Of a stretch of 39,095 nucleotides of DNA, positions 1 through 11,860 are shown piece after piece. Origin of the DNA: Hyphochytrium catenoides. Taxonomy: Eukaryota; Protista; Hyphochytriomycota. Both the position numbers and the translations under genes were made by a program. Where the stretch lies: contig FLMG01002282.1 of NCBI GenBank assembly GCA_900088475.1, positions 1 through 39,095 of the forward strand, in the 5' to 3' direction. The notes beneath the pieces are model-generated. The model did not search any database. It had not been told where the DNA came from and saw only the letters and a program-made list of their open reading frames with translations. The first letter of the stretch is position 1, and each line of letters starts with the position of its first letter.

Positions 1-52
1 ATAGGATTAGTCTGTTAGTAGCGTTAGTAGTAGCAATAAATCAATAAATCCT

Positions 53-170
53 AAAAAAAAAGAAAGAAGAAAAAAAAGACGAAGATATGAGGAAGAAGAA
101 TGAGGAGGAAGAGAAGAAGGAGAAGAAAAAGAAGAAGAAGAAGAAGAAGAAGACAATGAAGAAGAGACAA
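53..170 (+). repeat. Purine-rich low-complexity tract with a (GAA)n microsatellite core at 131-152
   Basis: Directly visible A/G run; it produces the spurious poly-K/E and poly-S/F ORFs. Confidence 0.9.
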
Positions 171-1002
171 GAGCTACAAAGCCCTGCAATCTTCAACACG
201 TTCTTCTCCACCTCCATCCTTATCGGAAAAAGAAGAAGATTCAAAGCTGAACGCTTCGGCGATACTGATAGGAGACGGAGGAGGAGAAGAAGAAAGAGGC
301 GTCGCACTGAGACCATCATCATCATCAGCTTCTTCGTATCATCACTATCCCGGCACTTTCCCATTATTTGCTTGTCGTTCTTTATCTTTGCTGTTTGGGG
401 TTTTTATTAGGGTTAGCATCTACGCTAGCAGGCGAGCAACAGGCCGGATCGTCAAGGGCATTGGAGAGAAGAGAGGATCCATCAGACCGCAAATAGTGGG
501 TAGCTCGTCAGTTCTTGCAACCATGATGCTATGTGGAAGCTAAGATGAGAACATGTGCCTCCTCTACTACTTCTTGACTATACGGTTGGCATATGCGTCT
601 CTTCTTCTGAACATCACTCGTGCTGTCGGTTTATTATAAACAACACTCTTCTTCTTCTCCATCGTCATCTACTCTCATTGCAGCAGCTCTAGAAAGGACG
701 AGATAAGATTTGATAAGAAGGCAATCCATCCGCCACATCCGTCCTGTCCAGGGATGAGACGAAGGAGGATGCAGAAGCAGGATCTACGGAAGGACAGATA
801 TATCAACAGCGGCGAAGTGTACTGAGTCCGTCATGTATAATATCATTATGGTGGATGGTGCCATGTATTGAAGCTGCTGACATGAATGAAACATCAAAGA
901 CCTCCTTCTTCCTTCTCTCTTTCTCCTATTATATATGATCACTGGAGCGGAAGCTTGTCGGTGTGCTATTATCCTAGTACAGAGCACGCAGCTACATATT
1001 TC

Positions 1003-2859
1003 TTAGTTGTCATAGCTGAAGAAGTTGAACTTACCCTTCCGCAGAACGGGAAGGTAAGCGACCATGAAGGTAGAGACAACAGCAAAACCGAGGGTTATGG
1101 TCACTAGCAGAATTGCCCCCGTGCTCGACTCGTTCTTAGTACAGCCTTTCCCTCCCAAGATCTTGTGGCACTTGAAGTTCTTATCCAGCGTCGCAAGGTT
1201 GGCAATGGTTGCATAGATGAGGGTGACAAAGCAGAATATGACGAGGGTGATAGCCCATCCCTTGGAGGTCTCACCCTTAGCAAGAAGCTCTCTTGCCTGT
1301 TTCTTTTGGCCGGGTAGCAAAGGAAGGGTGAGCAGACTGGCAAGGTTAATGATAGTGGCTACAAGCCAGCAGAAGAGGTATTGGTTGTGAACATAGGCGT
1401 TGTCCTTCTTAATAGCCGCTGCATCGAGATCGAACATGCCAGATATCTGGTTGGAGAGCACCGTGGAGAGAGGGATAATCATGTTGTTGGAGGTAGTGAT
1501 AAGAGAGTAGGTAATAGCTTCATAGCCAGGCTCAGACACCTCAACGATGTAGAAGACGCCCACCAAGAAGTTCAAGGTAGAGACGAAGTATCCCGACACA
1601 TCGGTGAACATGTAGAAGTAAGGCTCACGCCATACATCGTACACGATGATCAGGTAGAGGGAACCGAAGAAGATCTGGAGAAGAGTGCCGTAAATCATCA
1701 GTTTGCGCCAGCTAAAGTTCAGTGCATACTGGCGGATGGCGGCCATTCCAAGGAAGAAGATCAGGTTCTCCATAACAGAGAGGACGGAGTTCTGCCATGG
1801 CTTCAGGTCCAGCCAAGCCGCTAGGGTGTTTTGCTGTGCATTATTGGAGACTCCAAAGAGGATGCTGGACACAATGGTGTACAGGATCACCTGCCACACT
1901 GCGCGCTTCTGAAGAATCTGCCAGAAGGAGGACATTTTCTCAACAAAGCGTTGTCTGGTGGACTTCTCTTCAAACATGATGACAAAAAGAGGGATAACCA
2001 CAATGTTTGAGACGGCGAGGATCCATGCAAAGGTAGGAATGCTGATATCAAAGTCGAAAGCTGCATCTGAGCACTTCTCATGACACCATCCCTCCCCTGT
2101 GCCGTAAGGAGGCTCACCCTTTTCCGACAAAAGAGCGGGGTTGCATGCGGTGGACTCATCAGGCTCATACCCAGGGCAGGATACGTTAGGGCCCGAAAAG
2201 CCGAACCCCACGAGAAGGGACGTAGCTGCACGACCAATTTCACGGACCATATAGATCAGGGTCTGCGTCCGGCCACGCTTTTCTAACGGCTCACGATGCG
2301 CCATCCAGACGACATAACCATCAGCAGACACTGCGCTCATCACATAGCCGAAGTTGGCAAGCATCAGCATGATCACGAGAGAGTTGGAGCTTACATCTTC
2401 GCCAAGGGAAGCTAGTCCTACCAAACAAGATGCACAGATGACCCATCCAATCATAATGTAGGGCTTGCGCTTGAGGCCGAGGATAGGGAAGCAGTCCGAG
2501 ATCACGCCAAAGAAGAACTTGTAAGACCAGAAGAGGGTAACCAGAGCCTGAGAAGACCTCACGACTGATGGCTCCTCAAACTGCTTGACAACGAGAATAG
2601 GGTACAGGATGCTCAGGGAGCCACCATAGATGAGACCCACAGCAAAATAGTTGGCCAATAAGCCAATATGCTTTAGAGACCAAGGGCTTCTGATCGTCCC
2701 ATCATAGGCGATGTTATAGATATCCCCTGTGGTTGGTGACTCGCCTCCTGGGGTCTTGGACGGCGTGTTATCCTTGGTATAGGTAGCTAGGCCTTCAGTC
2801 GTCTGAGAAAGACGAATGACCTCAGAATGGCGGTCATTGTTAATTAGAGCGTCAGTCAT
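1003..2859 (-). CDS. BT1-family (folate-biopterin transporter-like) MFS membrane transporter, 618 aa, intronless
   Basis: Uninterrupted 618-codon ORF, ATG in aagATG context, TAA stop. About 12 or more hydrophobic segments. Contains the BT1-type N-terminal signature W-S-Y-K-F-F-F-G-V-I-S-D-C-F-P-I-L-G-L-K-R-K-P-Y, plus 'ADGYVVWMAHREPLEKRGRTQTLIY' and 'VEVSEPGYEAITYSLITT'. A Cys-rich loop (CPGYEPD...CHEKC) lies mid-protein. Confidence 0.88.
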   Translation of the reverse strand: MTDALINNDRHSEVIRLSQTTEGLATYTKDNTPSKTPGGESPTTGDIYNIAYDGTIRSPWSLKHIGLLANYFAVGLIYGGSLSILYPILVVKQFEEPSVVRSSQALVTLFWSYKFFFGVISDCFPILGLKRKPYIMIGWVICASCLVGLASLGEDVSSNSLVIMLMLANFGYVMSAVSADGYVVWMAHREPLEKRGRTQTLIYMVREIGRAATSLLVGFGFSGPNVSCPGYEPDESTACNPALLSEKGEPPYGTGEGWCHEKCSDAAFDFDISIPTFAWILAVSNIVVIPLFVIMFEEKSTRQRFVEKMSSFWQILQKRAVWQVILYTIVSSILFGVSNNAQQNTLAAWLDLKPWQNSVLSVMENLIFFLGMAAIRQYALNFSWRKLMIYGTLLQIFFGSLYLIIVYDVWREPYFYMFTDVSGYFVSTLNFLVGVFYIVEVSEPGYEAITYSLITTSNNMIIPLSTVLSNQISGMFDLDAAAIKKDNAYVHNQYLFCWLVATIINLASLLTLPLLPGQKKQARELLAKGETSKGWAITLVIFCFVTLIYATIANLATLDKNFKCHKILGGKGCTKNESSTGAILLVTITLGFAVVSTFMVAYLPVLRKGKFNFFSYDN

Positions 2860-5800
2860 CTTTCTTTAAGTTGGAGTCGTGACACACTCCAGTCTAAGCC
2901 CCGGCTTTTCTTCGTAGTGGAAGTTGGGAAGTGAGAAGGAACAGACAAGATGTAAGGTCACTGTCGGCGAGAAGAGCCCAACTGCTAGCTCTCTGAAAAA
3001 GAAAACGCTTCATTCTTCCTTGAGATGACATTGAAAGCGGAAGTCCACTGGTAGCAACAGAGGTGGCCGGAGAAGGCTGACGAAGAAATTGGGATGATGA
3101 TAGAGACCAAAACGGAAGGAGCAAAGCGAGATGTCAGGAGGCTCTTGAACTTGATTGAGAAGAGATGAGAAGAGAGAGCTTGGGTGGGATGATAAGACCA
3201 TGGACGAGGAAGTAAGGTTGAGTTTGGGGCAATGCCTGACTGATGAGAGAGGATAGACACAGATTGAAAGGAGCTCTTATACTATGACAACGAAAGCTGG
3301 AGAGAACCCATCCTCAGCATAGTAACGACTATTTCCCTCTTCACCACAATCGCCTCTTCCAACTTCTACTTCTACATTGCAGGCAGCATGGGGATCGGGG
3401 TCATAACTTTTGGCGCATTGGAAGAGCAACGTAACGTCCACAGCCCGGCCGAAACATGTGGCAGGGTGCGGTTGGATAAGATTACGATCATCCGGAGCCA
3501 CAGGATAGAAGTCAGGGAGGACATGAAGCGGGCGACGGGCACATGGCCTGTTGGGGTGAGCATATTGCCATTAACTTTGAAGGTCCTTTACGCTGCCTAG
3601 AGCAGAATAAAACCGTCTCAGCACCCCGGTGTTCACCTCCTCTCTTCCTGCCGCCAATATCAATCTTTGTACAGCTTGACGCTTTCATGCTGGCCAATAG
3701 GGTTCGCCTCTTCTTCTTCTTCTCTTTCTCCTGGCTCTTCTGCTTCTCTTTTTTACAGCGAGGTGCCAGGGTAGAGCAGTCAAGAGCTTGCAGGTTCGCA
3801 GAGAAGAAGAGGACCAAAGGATGGTAGCGAAATTGAGGGCAACGTTAGCAGTGATAAGCAAAAGGACCACTCACTGGTTGTCGGGCAATACTAGATGGAG
3901 GAGCCTTATAGTAGGATGCATCACCAAAAGAACCCAGTAGACCACGGATAGCTAGAGACAAAGAAATGGATAGGACAATCGTAGTTGAAGATGCCTGTAA
4001 CTTATGCAGGAGAAAGAAGGATGAGAGTGGAGAGGGAAGCCCAACCGAGGAGGACAAGGAAGAGAAATGCAAGTAAGAACGGGGAAAACGAGCTTGAAGC
4101 AACGTTAAGCAGCGGCACGGAGAGATGAAGGTGAAGACAGAGAGAAGAGGACAGTATGGGTGGTTGGATAGAAAGATCTACCAGCTGTTTCTGACCAGCA
4201 CAGAAGCAAAGTCACCCAGGGAGAAGAAGTTTCCTCGTTAGGGCAATGAAGCGTTGCTTCTCTCTTCTCTCTGAAACTTCCAGGTCAGATTTTTTGGTCC
4301 ATCACCATCTCCCCTAGAACTGGCTCCAAGGACCTGAATAAAACAATGAGGAACTGTGGTGGTGGCCAAATCCTCGGATCTTCGGTTCTTAGCCACAGGT
4401 CCCCCCATGGAGTGACAGTGCTGCTAACGGCCAGCCGTAGGGTTGGATCATAGGCTTCCAACTTGTTACGGAGTATTAGAGAGATCGTTTTGAAACGCTG
4501 TTTGTTTGTTCCTAGGCTTTGGTAACGGGTGTTAGGAGGTGGTGGGCATTGGGGCCAAAAGTGACCAGCTTTCTGTTATGAAAGGCCTGATTGGATTGGA
4601 TAAGAGCCTATATATAACCAGGCCACTCACTTTCTGCATGTTCTCCCCTGTCGGTTTATTCAACAGTAGGACCAAAGCTATGAGGAACAGGCTGAAGTCT
4701 AACCTAAGCCTTGGCTGCTACTCCTTCTATGTTTGAACCTCTAGGTAGGGTAAGACACAAGGGTAGACGACTAAAATTAAGCTCAATCAGTCCACTCGCT
4801 TGCTAAAAAAAGTAGGGCCGATTGGGGTTCAGTGATTATAAAATGCTGTCTTCTAGGTTCATCAAATAGTGTATCCTAAATTTGGGGCGTTGCTGCCTGG
4901 TTGGCCAACTGGCACTCTGGTACACGCCCAAGCCCTTGTCATCCACAGATAAAACTCGATAGAGAAGAAGTGTTTGGAGTTTGGTCGTCCTACCCAGGCA
5001 TCCCACAGAGATTTAGTAGGTTTTCTTTGGCTGTTTGGTCTGTAGCTAAAAGTTTCAAAGATGTCAGCCCTCCACACTGCTGCTTGCCAACGTTGAGCAG
5101 CTATGATTGCAGGACGTGAAAGCGTCATCACGAGGCAAAGCCAATGACTGGCCGACATCTTGAAGCCACCAGCTACTTTCCACCATTTCTTTCGTTTTAT
5201 CCCTCACCTTCTTGTTGCGTGTGCCTTCTCAAACAACGGAGAGATGATGATCTTGAAGTTTGACTCGTAGTAAACATAGGCTTCCCAGGTGTGATGGACC
5301 CCACCTCTACTGCAGACATTGGCTTGCCCTCGTGCACCTGCCCGTTAGTTATGTCCATGCTCTCGTTCTGTTCCACACCCTCAAACTTTGGCTGGCCTTC
5401 CCTTCTTGGCTATATGTCCTCTACGTTCCGTTCTTAGCACTTCGCTACTCTAGCTGTCAAGTGAATTAGCTACTGTTGTTGGCTAGTAGAGTTGCATGCG
5501 CTCTTCTTTATTCTCTCCTTCCCCTGCTCTTCAGTGGTTTCGGTGCGAGAAGAGGCGAGAGATGTGGCGAGCTGTGTGACCGTCTGCTTCCAAATTTTCC
5601 ATAGTGTGTGGCCATTAAAGGTTGGAGACATGTAGAACGTGAGGAAACTTGTACCATCAGCATTTGGACGCCGTGGGCATCTAGACTTAGAAGACGATGT
5701 GAGGCTTGGCTTTAGGAGTGACGTACAGCTGGATGTGTGTGAAGCAAGAGGGTTAGGTGTGACAAGCGCAAAGCAGTTATACAGCACTGATGCCACACAC

Positions 5801-6643
5801 AGAGCCTGACCACTTTATAGATAAGATAAACGAAACAGACAATGCAGCTCAAGCTTACTCTTCTGAGAAGGTGCATCCAGATGGAGGCTCGAGGTCAAAA
5901 GATGTGTGATGATAAATTTCTAGATAAGCTGGCTTGCTGATCTGTGAAGCTACGACCAGGGATAATAGTAGGAACGAAGAAGAGAGAATACATCCTTCTC
6001 TGTGGCATCCTCTTTCTCTGTGGACGTGCTCAACAAGCAATGCTTTTCCTAGTATGACCAGCTTTCTTTCTTTCCCACCTCAAGTCCTGCGGATCTGATG
6101 GAGGCATTGGTCACAGTCTCACCTTATTGTTATCCATATCATGCCAGCAGCTGGACCTGTCAGGCCTTCTCTTTTCATCACTTTCTTCCCCCAAGGGCAA
6201 CCGACTTTCCGCCAAGGGAGAAAATTGGGTCGCGTCCGTGCTCTGTGGCTTCTTTGTCACTCATATATATGGACGTAGCACAAGAAGGAGGAGGGCCTAG
6301 GCAAAGAGCCACTGTGAAAGTGTCCACACATCCTCAAATACCAGGGAGCGGCCAAGCGCCGCTGCCAGACCCCTGCTTCTGGTCATCATCAATGCAAGAA
6401 CGTATGGCTCGCTCTGCATCCTCTGCCATCTAAATGCCACTTTGAATGGTAGCAACAGAAATGACGCAGCATGTCTGCGTCAAATACTAGGCTAGGTAGT
6501 CAAATGCCCTTACTAACAACGGGCAATCCTCTCGGACTGATCGGCTGTTGTCCCGCAGTACAATCACAGTGCCCACCCTAAGCTGGCATTTATAGATCTC
6601 TAAGGCTGGCTTTTGGCAGGGTATGGGAGGAGTGGCTACGTGA

Positions 6644-7123
6644 TTATTGCTCGTGCGCGGCGACCAACCTTTCTGACAATAATGGAAGCGCCATGTATGG
6701 TGCCATCATAAGATAATCATATCGCGACTTTGCCTCTTGAATGTAGATGTGTGCTGTTATCCCTTCGAAATAAAGCCGTTTGTTCATCAGGGTAACCCGC
6801 TCTGTATAGAATCCCGGCGCACCACGTTCTCCTAGTGATTTCTTTTCTCCCGTAAGTCGGAACTGTTCTGTCGGAGAATTGGCGCAAGGCAAGCATATCA
6901 CGTCGTAATGTTGCTCTTCCGTATGAAGTTGTGAGAGGGAAGCCTCTTGCTTCAGTACACAGACGCAAATTGCCTCCCCCATCCAAAAGCGCTAAAAGAA
7001 GAAGAGGGTCGCCGATCCCGTGGGCTCACTTCCTTCAACGACCCCACTTCGAAGGAGGAGATTCCTCCTGATGACCTTAAACTAGCTCGGTTGCACAATG
7101 AAGAAGAGGCCCTATGACGATGA
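6644..7123 (-). pseudogene. Decayed coding fragment of unknown family (160-codon frame with three in-frame TAG)
   Basis: The 6644-6982 ORF frame extends upstream to 7123 interrupted only by TAG at 7114, 7084 and 6994: SSS*GLFFIVQPS*FKVIRRNLLLRSGVVEG...FFF*RFWMGEAICVCVLKQE...YDYLMMAPY. No family recognised. Confidence 0.35.
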
Positions 7124-8891
7124 TCACAGCCCCCAGGGTACAGAAACAAAAGCACTGGACTAGTCGGTACAGCAACCCTACAGGTCGCATGGTGTCTGGC
7201 TCTCGAACAGAGAGCTAGGTAAGGGGAGGGGCTAGCGTAGAAATGCAACCTGCAGCTATAGTTGTTGGCCTCGGTTGGCTGGTACTATGACGTACTATGT
7301 AGCATCAAGACTTAGACGGCGATGAGTGTATCGTCAACACAATGTATGTCAAAGCTCATGATAATAATGATGTACGGAAGAGCAAAAAGAGGTAGTACTG
7401 GGCAGGAAACGGACAGAATCCTTCAGCATCAACATCTATGTTATCAGGACCACTGGCTCCTTGTCACGTCCCCTAACAACGCTTGACTTTCTTTCCTCCC
7501 CAACTTTTCTAGGGAGGAAGAAGGTGGAGATGACAGAAGCATAGGAAAAGGGCCGACTAAGCAATTCAGGAAAGAAAGGAGAGTTGATTGACGTCCGTGT
7601 ACCACGACCGAAAGGTCTCCTAATCCTTTTGGGTCGGTCCCCGACATCCTTACGAGAAGTGATTTCTTTGCTTATCAGTGTTATAATCCCATGATGCTTC
7701 CTTCTTTATCTAGCGTCGTCGACTCCCTGCGGGCGTGTGATGGTGCTTCCTCAGCCATAATATCCTCCGACTACTACGTCATAATCCTGCTTCGCTCGGC
7801 AATGTGTATCTATTGCTGCTTTTCTTGAATGATCCTCACCTATTAGTTGATGATGCTTCGGCTCCTGTTATTTAGTTCTATGTTTTCTCCATGATACCGT
7901 GTCCAGCGCTTCCACGTCCTCAAATGCCATTGTCTACGCAGGAGCCATAGCACTTGGCCGCAGTCAGTATGATGAGTGGCATTTGGGGCATAAAGAAAGA
8001 ATGGACGAGCAGCATGAGGGAGGTCTGACGGCGAAAAGAGAGACTTCCGTGAGGCCCAAGATTGAGCAGACAACAGCGTCGTCGTCAAGAGTGAATCCCT
8101 ATGGGCGATGGCTGCCACGAATGGGATATTGACCCCCGGAAAGGCGATTGATAGCTCATTCAAAAGGCCTTAGAAGCCAACAACTGGTTCAACATAAGCC
8201 TCATAATATAATGCTAGCACTGCTGCCTGGCTTTCCTTACCTCGAAGCAGAGAAGGCTCAACAAGATGCTTCTAAGCGAAGCGGATCAAGCGCAAACCTT
8301 TTATTAGGCAAATATTATATGATAAGCTTATTAACACGACATGCTGCAGCGAATCCACCAGGAAAGGGAGTTCAATACCGTTCAGACAGGGAAGGGAGGC
8401 AGTTCCTTCTCTAACAAGTTCTACGAGGTGGGACGTCTTTGATAAGAGTAGAGAGGGGATGGTTGGGAGAGAGAAGAAGTCGTCGGTGCTGCGGTTGGCC
8501 GAAGAAGGAGAATGAGAGGGCCTGAACCAGAGAGCTTGAAGAAGAGAGAGAACAGGGGCCACAAGAGAGAGAGAGCCTCCTATTTCTTGAAAGAGAGAGC
8601 GAGGAAAGCCAATGGCTAACATCCATCTCTGTGAGGCGCATTGCGACCGGAACCGGGCCCCAGGAACGCCTCAGTCAAGACCGGTGCAGCCCCCCACCCA
8701 ATCCTAGCAGACACTCCCGGCGGTGCCGCTATCCTATGTCAAAACACTTGGCAACAGTCCCGCATCGCTAGTAACAATTGAACGGAGGGGGAGAGAAGAA
8801 GAAGAGAGAGAGGTAAAAGAAAGAAAGACGAAGAACCGATGCTGCTGCGGCCTCCCGCTGGTTGGTTGGGCATCGCATCTCCGACTCTTCA

Positions 8892-8973
8892 NNNNNNNNN
8901 NNNNNNNNNNNNNNNNNNNNNNNNNNNNNNNNNNNNNNNNNNNNNNNNNNNNNNNNNNNNNNNNNNNNNNNNN
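8892..8973. other. Assembly gap (82 N)
   Basis: Run of N characters. Confidence 0.99.
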
Positions 8974-10306
8974 NCAAAGAGAGTCTGTCTAGCCTAGCTA
9001 CTCTCCTCAGCCGGCAAGCGTCCAGTCTTCAAACTTATGCGTTCTTTAAAGGTACATTACTACGGAGCAACAAGAAAAAACAACGAGGCTCCTCTGGAGA
9101 TAACGAAGAGCGAGAGGGAGAAAGAAAGAAGCTGCGAGAGAGAGAGCGCGAAAGGGCAGTCAACAGGAAAGTGGCCGCCTCAGGCCCGGAAGGCGATGGG
9201 CTGCCAGCTTTTAGAGTTGAGCGGTGCAGTGGGACCTTCAATTTGCTGAACGGGTGAGATGGGATCACTGCTAGAGGATGCGAGAGAGAAGAGGCTGGAT
9301 GAATGACGCTCTCTTGAAGACATTTCTGTCTGTCCTTCTCTATCATCTTTCCATTGTCTTTTGGCCAAGAAGAGTGACGTGGTGTCGTCGTTTCAGCGTC
9401 CTCCATTCCTGTCAGTTTCTCTCTCTTTTCTTTCTTGGGACAACTTCTCTTCCTTATCACTTCCTCATGTCAGTGCCTGGGAGGCGGGTGCAGGGGAAGA
9501 GGCGCCGACCAGCTGAAGAGTCGTCCACCGTCTCCATTAACCTTTTCTCCTCTCTCTTCCTCCATGTTGGCAATGTGCCAGTAGCACTTTCTCTCTCTTT
9601 CTTTTTGGGTCTCTTCTCTTCTCTTCTCCTCGTCCAGCTCTGTCTCCTAATCTTTTCCTTTGCTTCCATCATAAATGTGGGAGACAGGGGGCATCGTTTC
9701 TTTTTCTCCTCCTTCCAGACTGCAGACTATCCATCATCCCTCTTTTTTCTTTCTTTTTATCTCTCTCTCTCTCTCTCCCTCTCTCTCTTCCCCATCGTCT
9801 TTCTCTCTCTTTCCAAACTCCAACCAAGAAGACAGACAAAAGAATGCTTTCCAATCAAGGACATGGTCGTCCCGACTCCTATGTAGCTAGGTGCTTTCGG
9901 ATAGTGCTCTTGAAAGAACATGCTAGTAGTAGGAAGAGGATACACTCCAAATGATGCTAATGCGGCTTCATTCACAGCTAGGCGGAAGCGTAGTAGAAAC
10001 ATCAGCAGCAGCAACACGCGCGAAGCTAAATAATGGATCTAATAACGGACAGTGTGTGGACAGTTCAGGAGAAGAGAGAGTGGCTATTGACTGCTAATGA
10101 CGTGCTCTTTACCTTGTTTAGTAGTTAACGTGATGACAACGAGGACAATTAAACAGCTATTGCTTGAGGACTAAGCTAAGGGTGAAGACGGAAGTAGGCT
10201 AACAGGTAAAGAGAGACACCAACAAGGGTCAGAGAGCAGCCTATGCAGACCTCCGCCCAGAAAAGGTCAGCAGAGGATGACGAACTTGAAAGAAGACGAC
10301 AGAAAA

Positions 10307-11215
10307 TCAATAGTAAGTGACAGCGTACTGAGAGACAGAGTGATGCATGATGTTGCCAGTGTCTGAAGCCTTGGTGGGGAAGTCAACTTCTACGGCCTCA
10401 ACCTTTGAACCCGTCAAGCGGAAGCTGCCGCCCCAGTGCGTGTAATCGAGGAATGGCAGGCGAGGAGGAAGACTAGGCACCAGATCCTTCTTGTTCACGA
10501 AGCGGAACTTGACGATATTGTCGGTGATGACAGTCACAGGCGTGGAAGAAGACGGAGCTTTCTCCAACAGTGACCGCGGCTCTCCATAAGTATAAACATG
10601 TAGATAAGGAGACTTGGCCTGACGGAAGCGAGAGAAGTCATACTTCTTTGTAGCTCCCTCGTAGTCAAGAGAAGGGTCACGGGCAACGTGAATGCCGCTC
10701 AGTGTCGCCAGAGCGCCACCTCTGGAGTGTCCAGCTATCACGAGCTTCTGGTTGGCGTTCTTGGCCAAGCAGCTCTTTAGATCAGAAATGAAGTTAGTAG
10801 CGGCCCGAAAGCCGTCATACGCAGCCGTAAAGCCCTTGTGAGTATAGGCCATAACACTGCCATCCTTCGCCTTGAATGGGACGTAGCCAAAGTCCAGGTT
10901 GCCCGTGTTACCCAGCCAATCCTTGCCAAACAGATCATCAGAGCCCCGGAAGGCAAGGACACATAGCTCGCCGTTCTCAGCAGTGAAGACAAAGTCATTT
11001 CCTACTGCATACTTCTTTCTGATAGTATACTTGGAGGCTCCCAAAGAGACGACCTCTCCTAGGTTCTGATAGGCCTGAGCTGCAAGAGCTGCCATGTCAA
11101 TTGCCAACGTGCGGTTATAGGAAGCAGCCTCCACGGATATTGAATTGGAGCTGGCGAGCAACATCACGCCGACCAGGGTGGTGCTCAGTAGGGTTGAGAG
11201 ACTGTTGCTGAACAT
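10307..11215 (-). CDS. Secreted class-3 (Lipase_3, alpha/beta hydrolase) lipase, 302 aa, intronless; paralog A
   Basis: The listed ORF start at 11296 is GTG; the first ATG is at 11215 (aacATG) and is followed by a signal-peptide-like segment MFSNSLSTLLSTTLVGVMLLASSNSISVEA. Motifs: VLAFRGS, DWLGN, THKGF, GHSRGG (Ser nucleophile), YTYGEPR, RFVNKKDLVP (Asp), YTHWG, C-terminal His (MHHSVSQY). TGA stop. Confidence 0.92.
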   Translation of the reverse strand: MFSNSLSTLLSTTLVGVMLLASSNSISVEAASYNRTLAIDMAALAAQAYQNLGEVVSLGASKYTIRKKYAVGNDFVFTAENGELCVLAFRGSDDLFGKDWLGNTGNLDFGYVPFKAKDGSVMAYTHKGFTAAYDGFRAATNFISDLKSCLAKNANQKLVIAGHSRGGALATLSGIHVARDPSLDYEGATKKYDFSRFRQAKSPYLHVYTYGEPRSLLEKAPSSSTPVTVITDNIVKFRFVNKKDLVPSLPPRLPFLDYTHWGGSFRLTGSKVEAVEVDFPTKASDTGNIMHHSVSQYAVTYY

Positions 11216-11679
11216 GTTGCCGTGCCTTGGTGTTGTGCTTGTGCTTGTATAGATAACACCTCTGCTGCTGGAGCTGCTGGTAACTGGTGCTCTCACCTTA
11301 TTGAAGAGAAGAAGGATGGCTTGCCTGTTGCCCTGGAAGATTGATAATGAAATGATCCTGCTAGACCCATTTCGTCTCTTTCTGTTCTTCGTTTGTTGTC
11401 ACCATCGACTCTATGGCACTGCTGGGAAGGGCGAGCGAGGTGTGAACACCCCTGCGCGTGAGAAGACATTGGAAACAGCGCAGCGCAGAAGACTATATGA
11501 AGCTGGTGCCGCCTCGTCCTCTATAAGTTAGAGATAATGACAAGCAAGACATCTAAAACGATGGCCGTACGAGGAGGTGCCAGAGTTCCTTTAAGGCACT
11601 TTGACTTGCCCTTGAGTGAATATCAATCTTTGTGCCCCAGATAAACTCATTTTGGCTAAGCCATGACATCAAGAGGAAT

Positions 11680-11860
11680 ATGACGCTGGCGACGAATAGC
11701 TTCGGAAAGGATCGGAGAGGCGTGCATAGTTGAGCTTAGGCAATGACGCAGAGCCGGCGATGTTGATTAAGGCATGACGCTGGTGACGATTGCTTCAGAA
11801 GACCTTAGCGAGACCAGCGTACTTGACCTTTAGGAGGTGACGCCGCCGAAGATCTGACAC
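11680..11860. repeat. Degenerate 94-bp tandem duplication rich in TGACG, upstream of lipase A
   Basis: atgacgctggcgacgaatagcttcggaa (11680) vs atgacgctggtgacgattgcttcagaa (11774). TGACG at 11681/11775 and at 11744/11838, both pairs spaced by 94 nt. Confidence 0.7.

Noticed and set aside
7-410. Poly-K/R/E and poly-S/F/L ORFs here and at about 9278-9886, 31149-31937, 34205-36448 and 37714-39086
   Set aside because: Translations of GA/CT microsatellite-rich DNA, which lacks stops by composition.
1381-1824. 147-aa + strand ORF and other ORFs overlapping the real genes; also 28979-29380
   Set aside because: In-register antisense shadows of sequence with C/G-ending codon bias.
3268-3600. + frame ELLYYDNESWREPILSIVTTISLF...GIGVITFGALEE upstream of the transporter
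   Set aside because: No start or splice partner and no recognisable family; the WREP match to the transporter is too short to be meaningful.
623-4660. Identical 13-mer ctgtcggtttatt at 623 and 4648 flanking the transporter
   Set aside because: Several 13-nt matches are expected by chance in 39 kb, and the similarity does not extend.
5135-5165. Minus-strand RCRPVIG resembling the MULE transposase CRPVIGxDG motif
   Set aside because: No following Asp, an immediate stop, and no other MULE motifs or TIRs.
11216-11296. N-terminal extensions from GTG starts of the lipases (also 17403-17507)
   Set aside because: Eukaryotic locus; downstream ATGs have a purine at -3 and are immediately followed by signal peptides.
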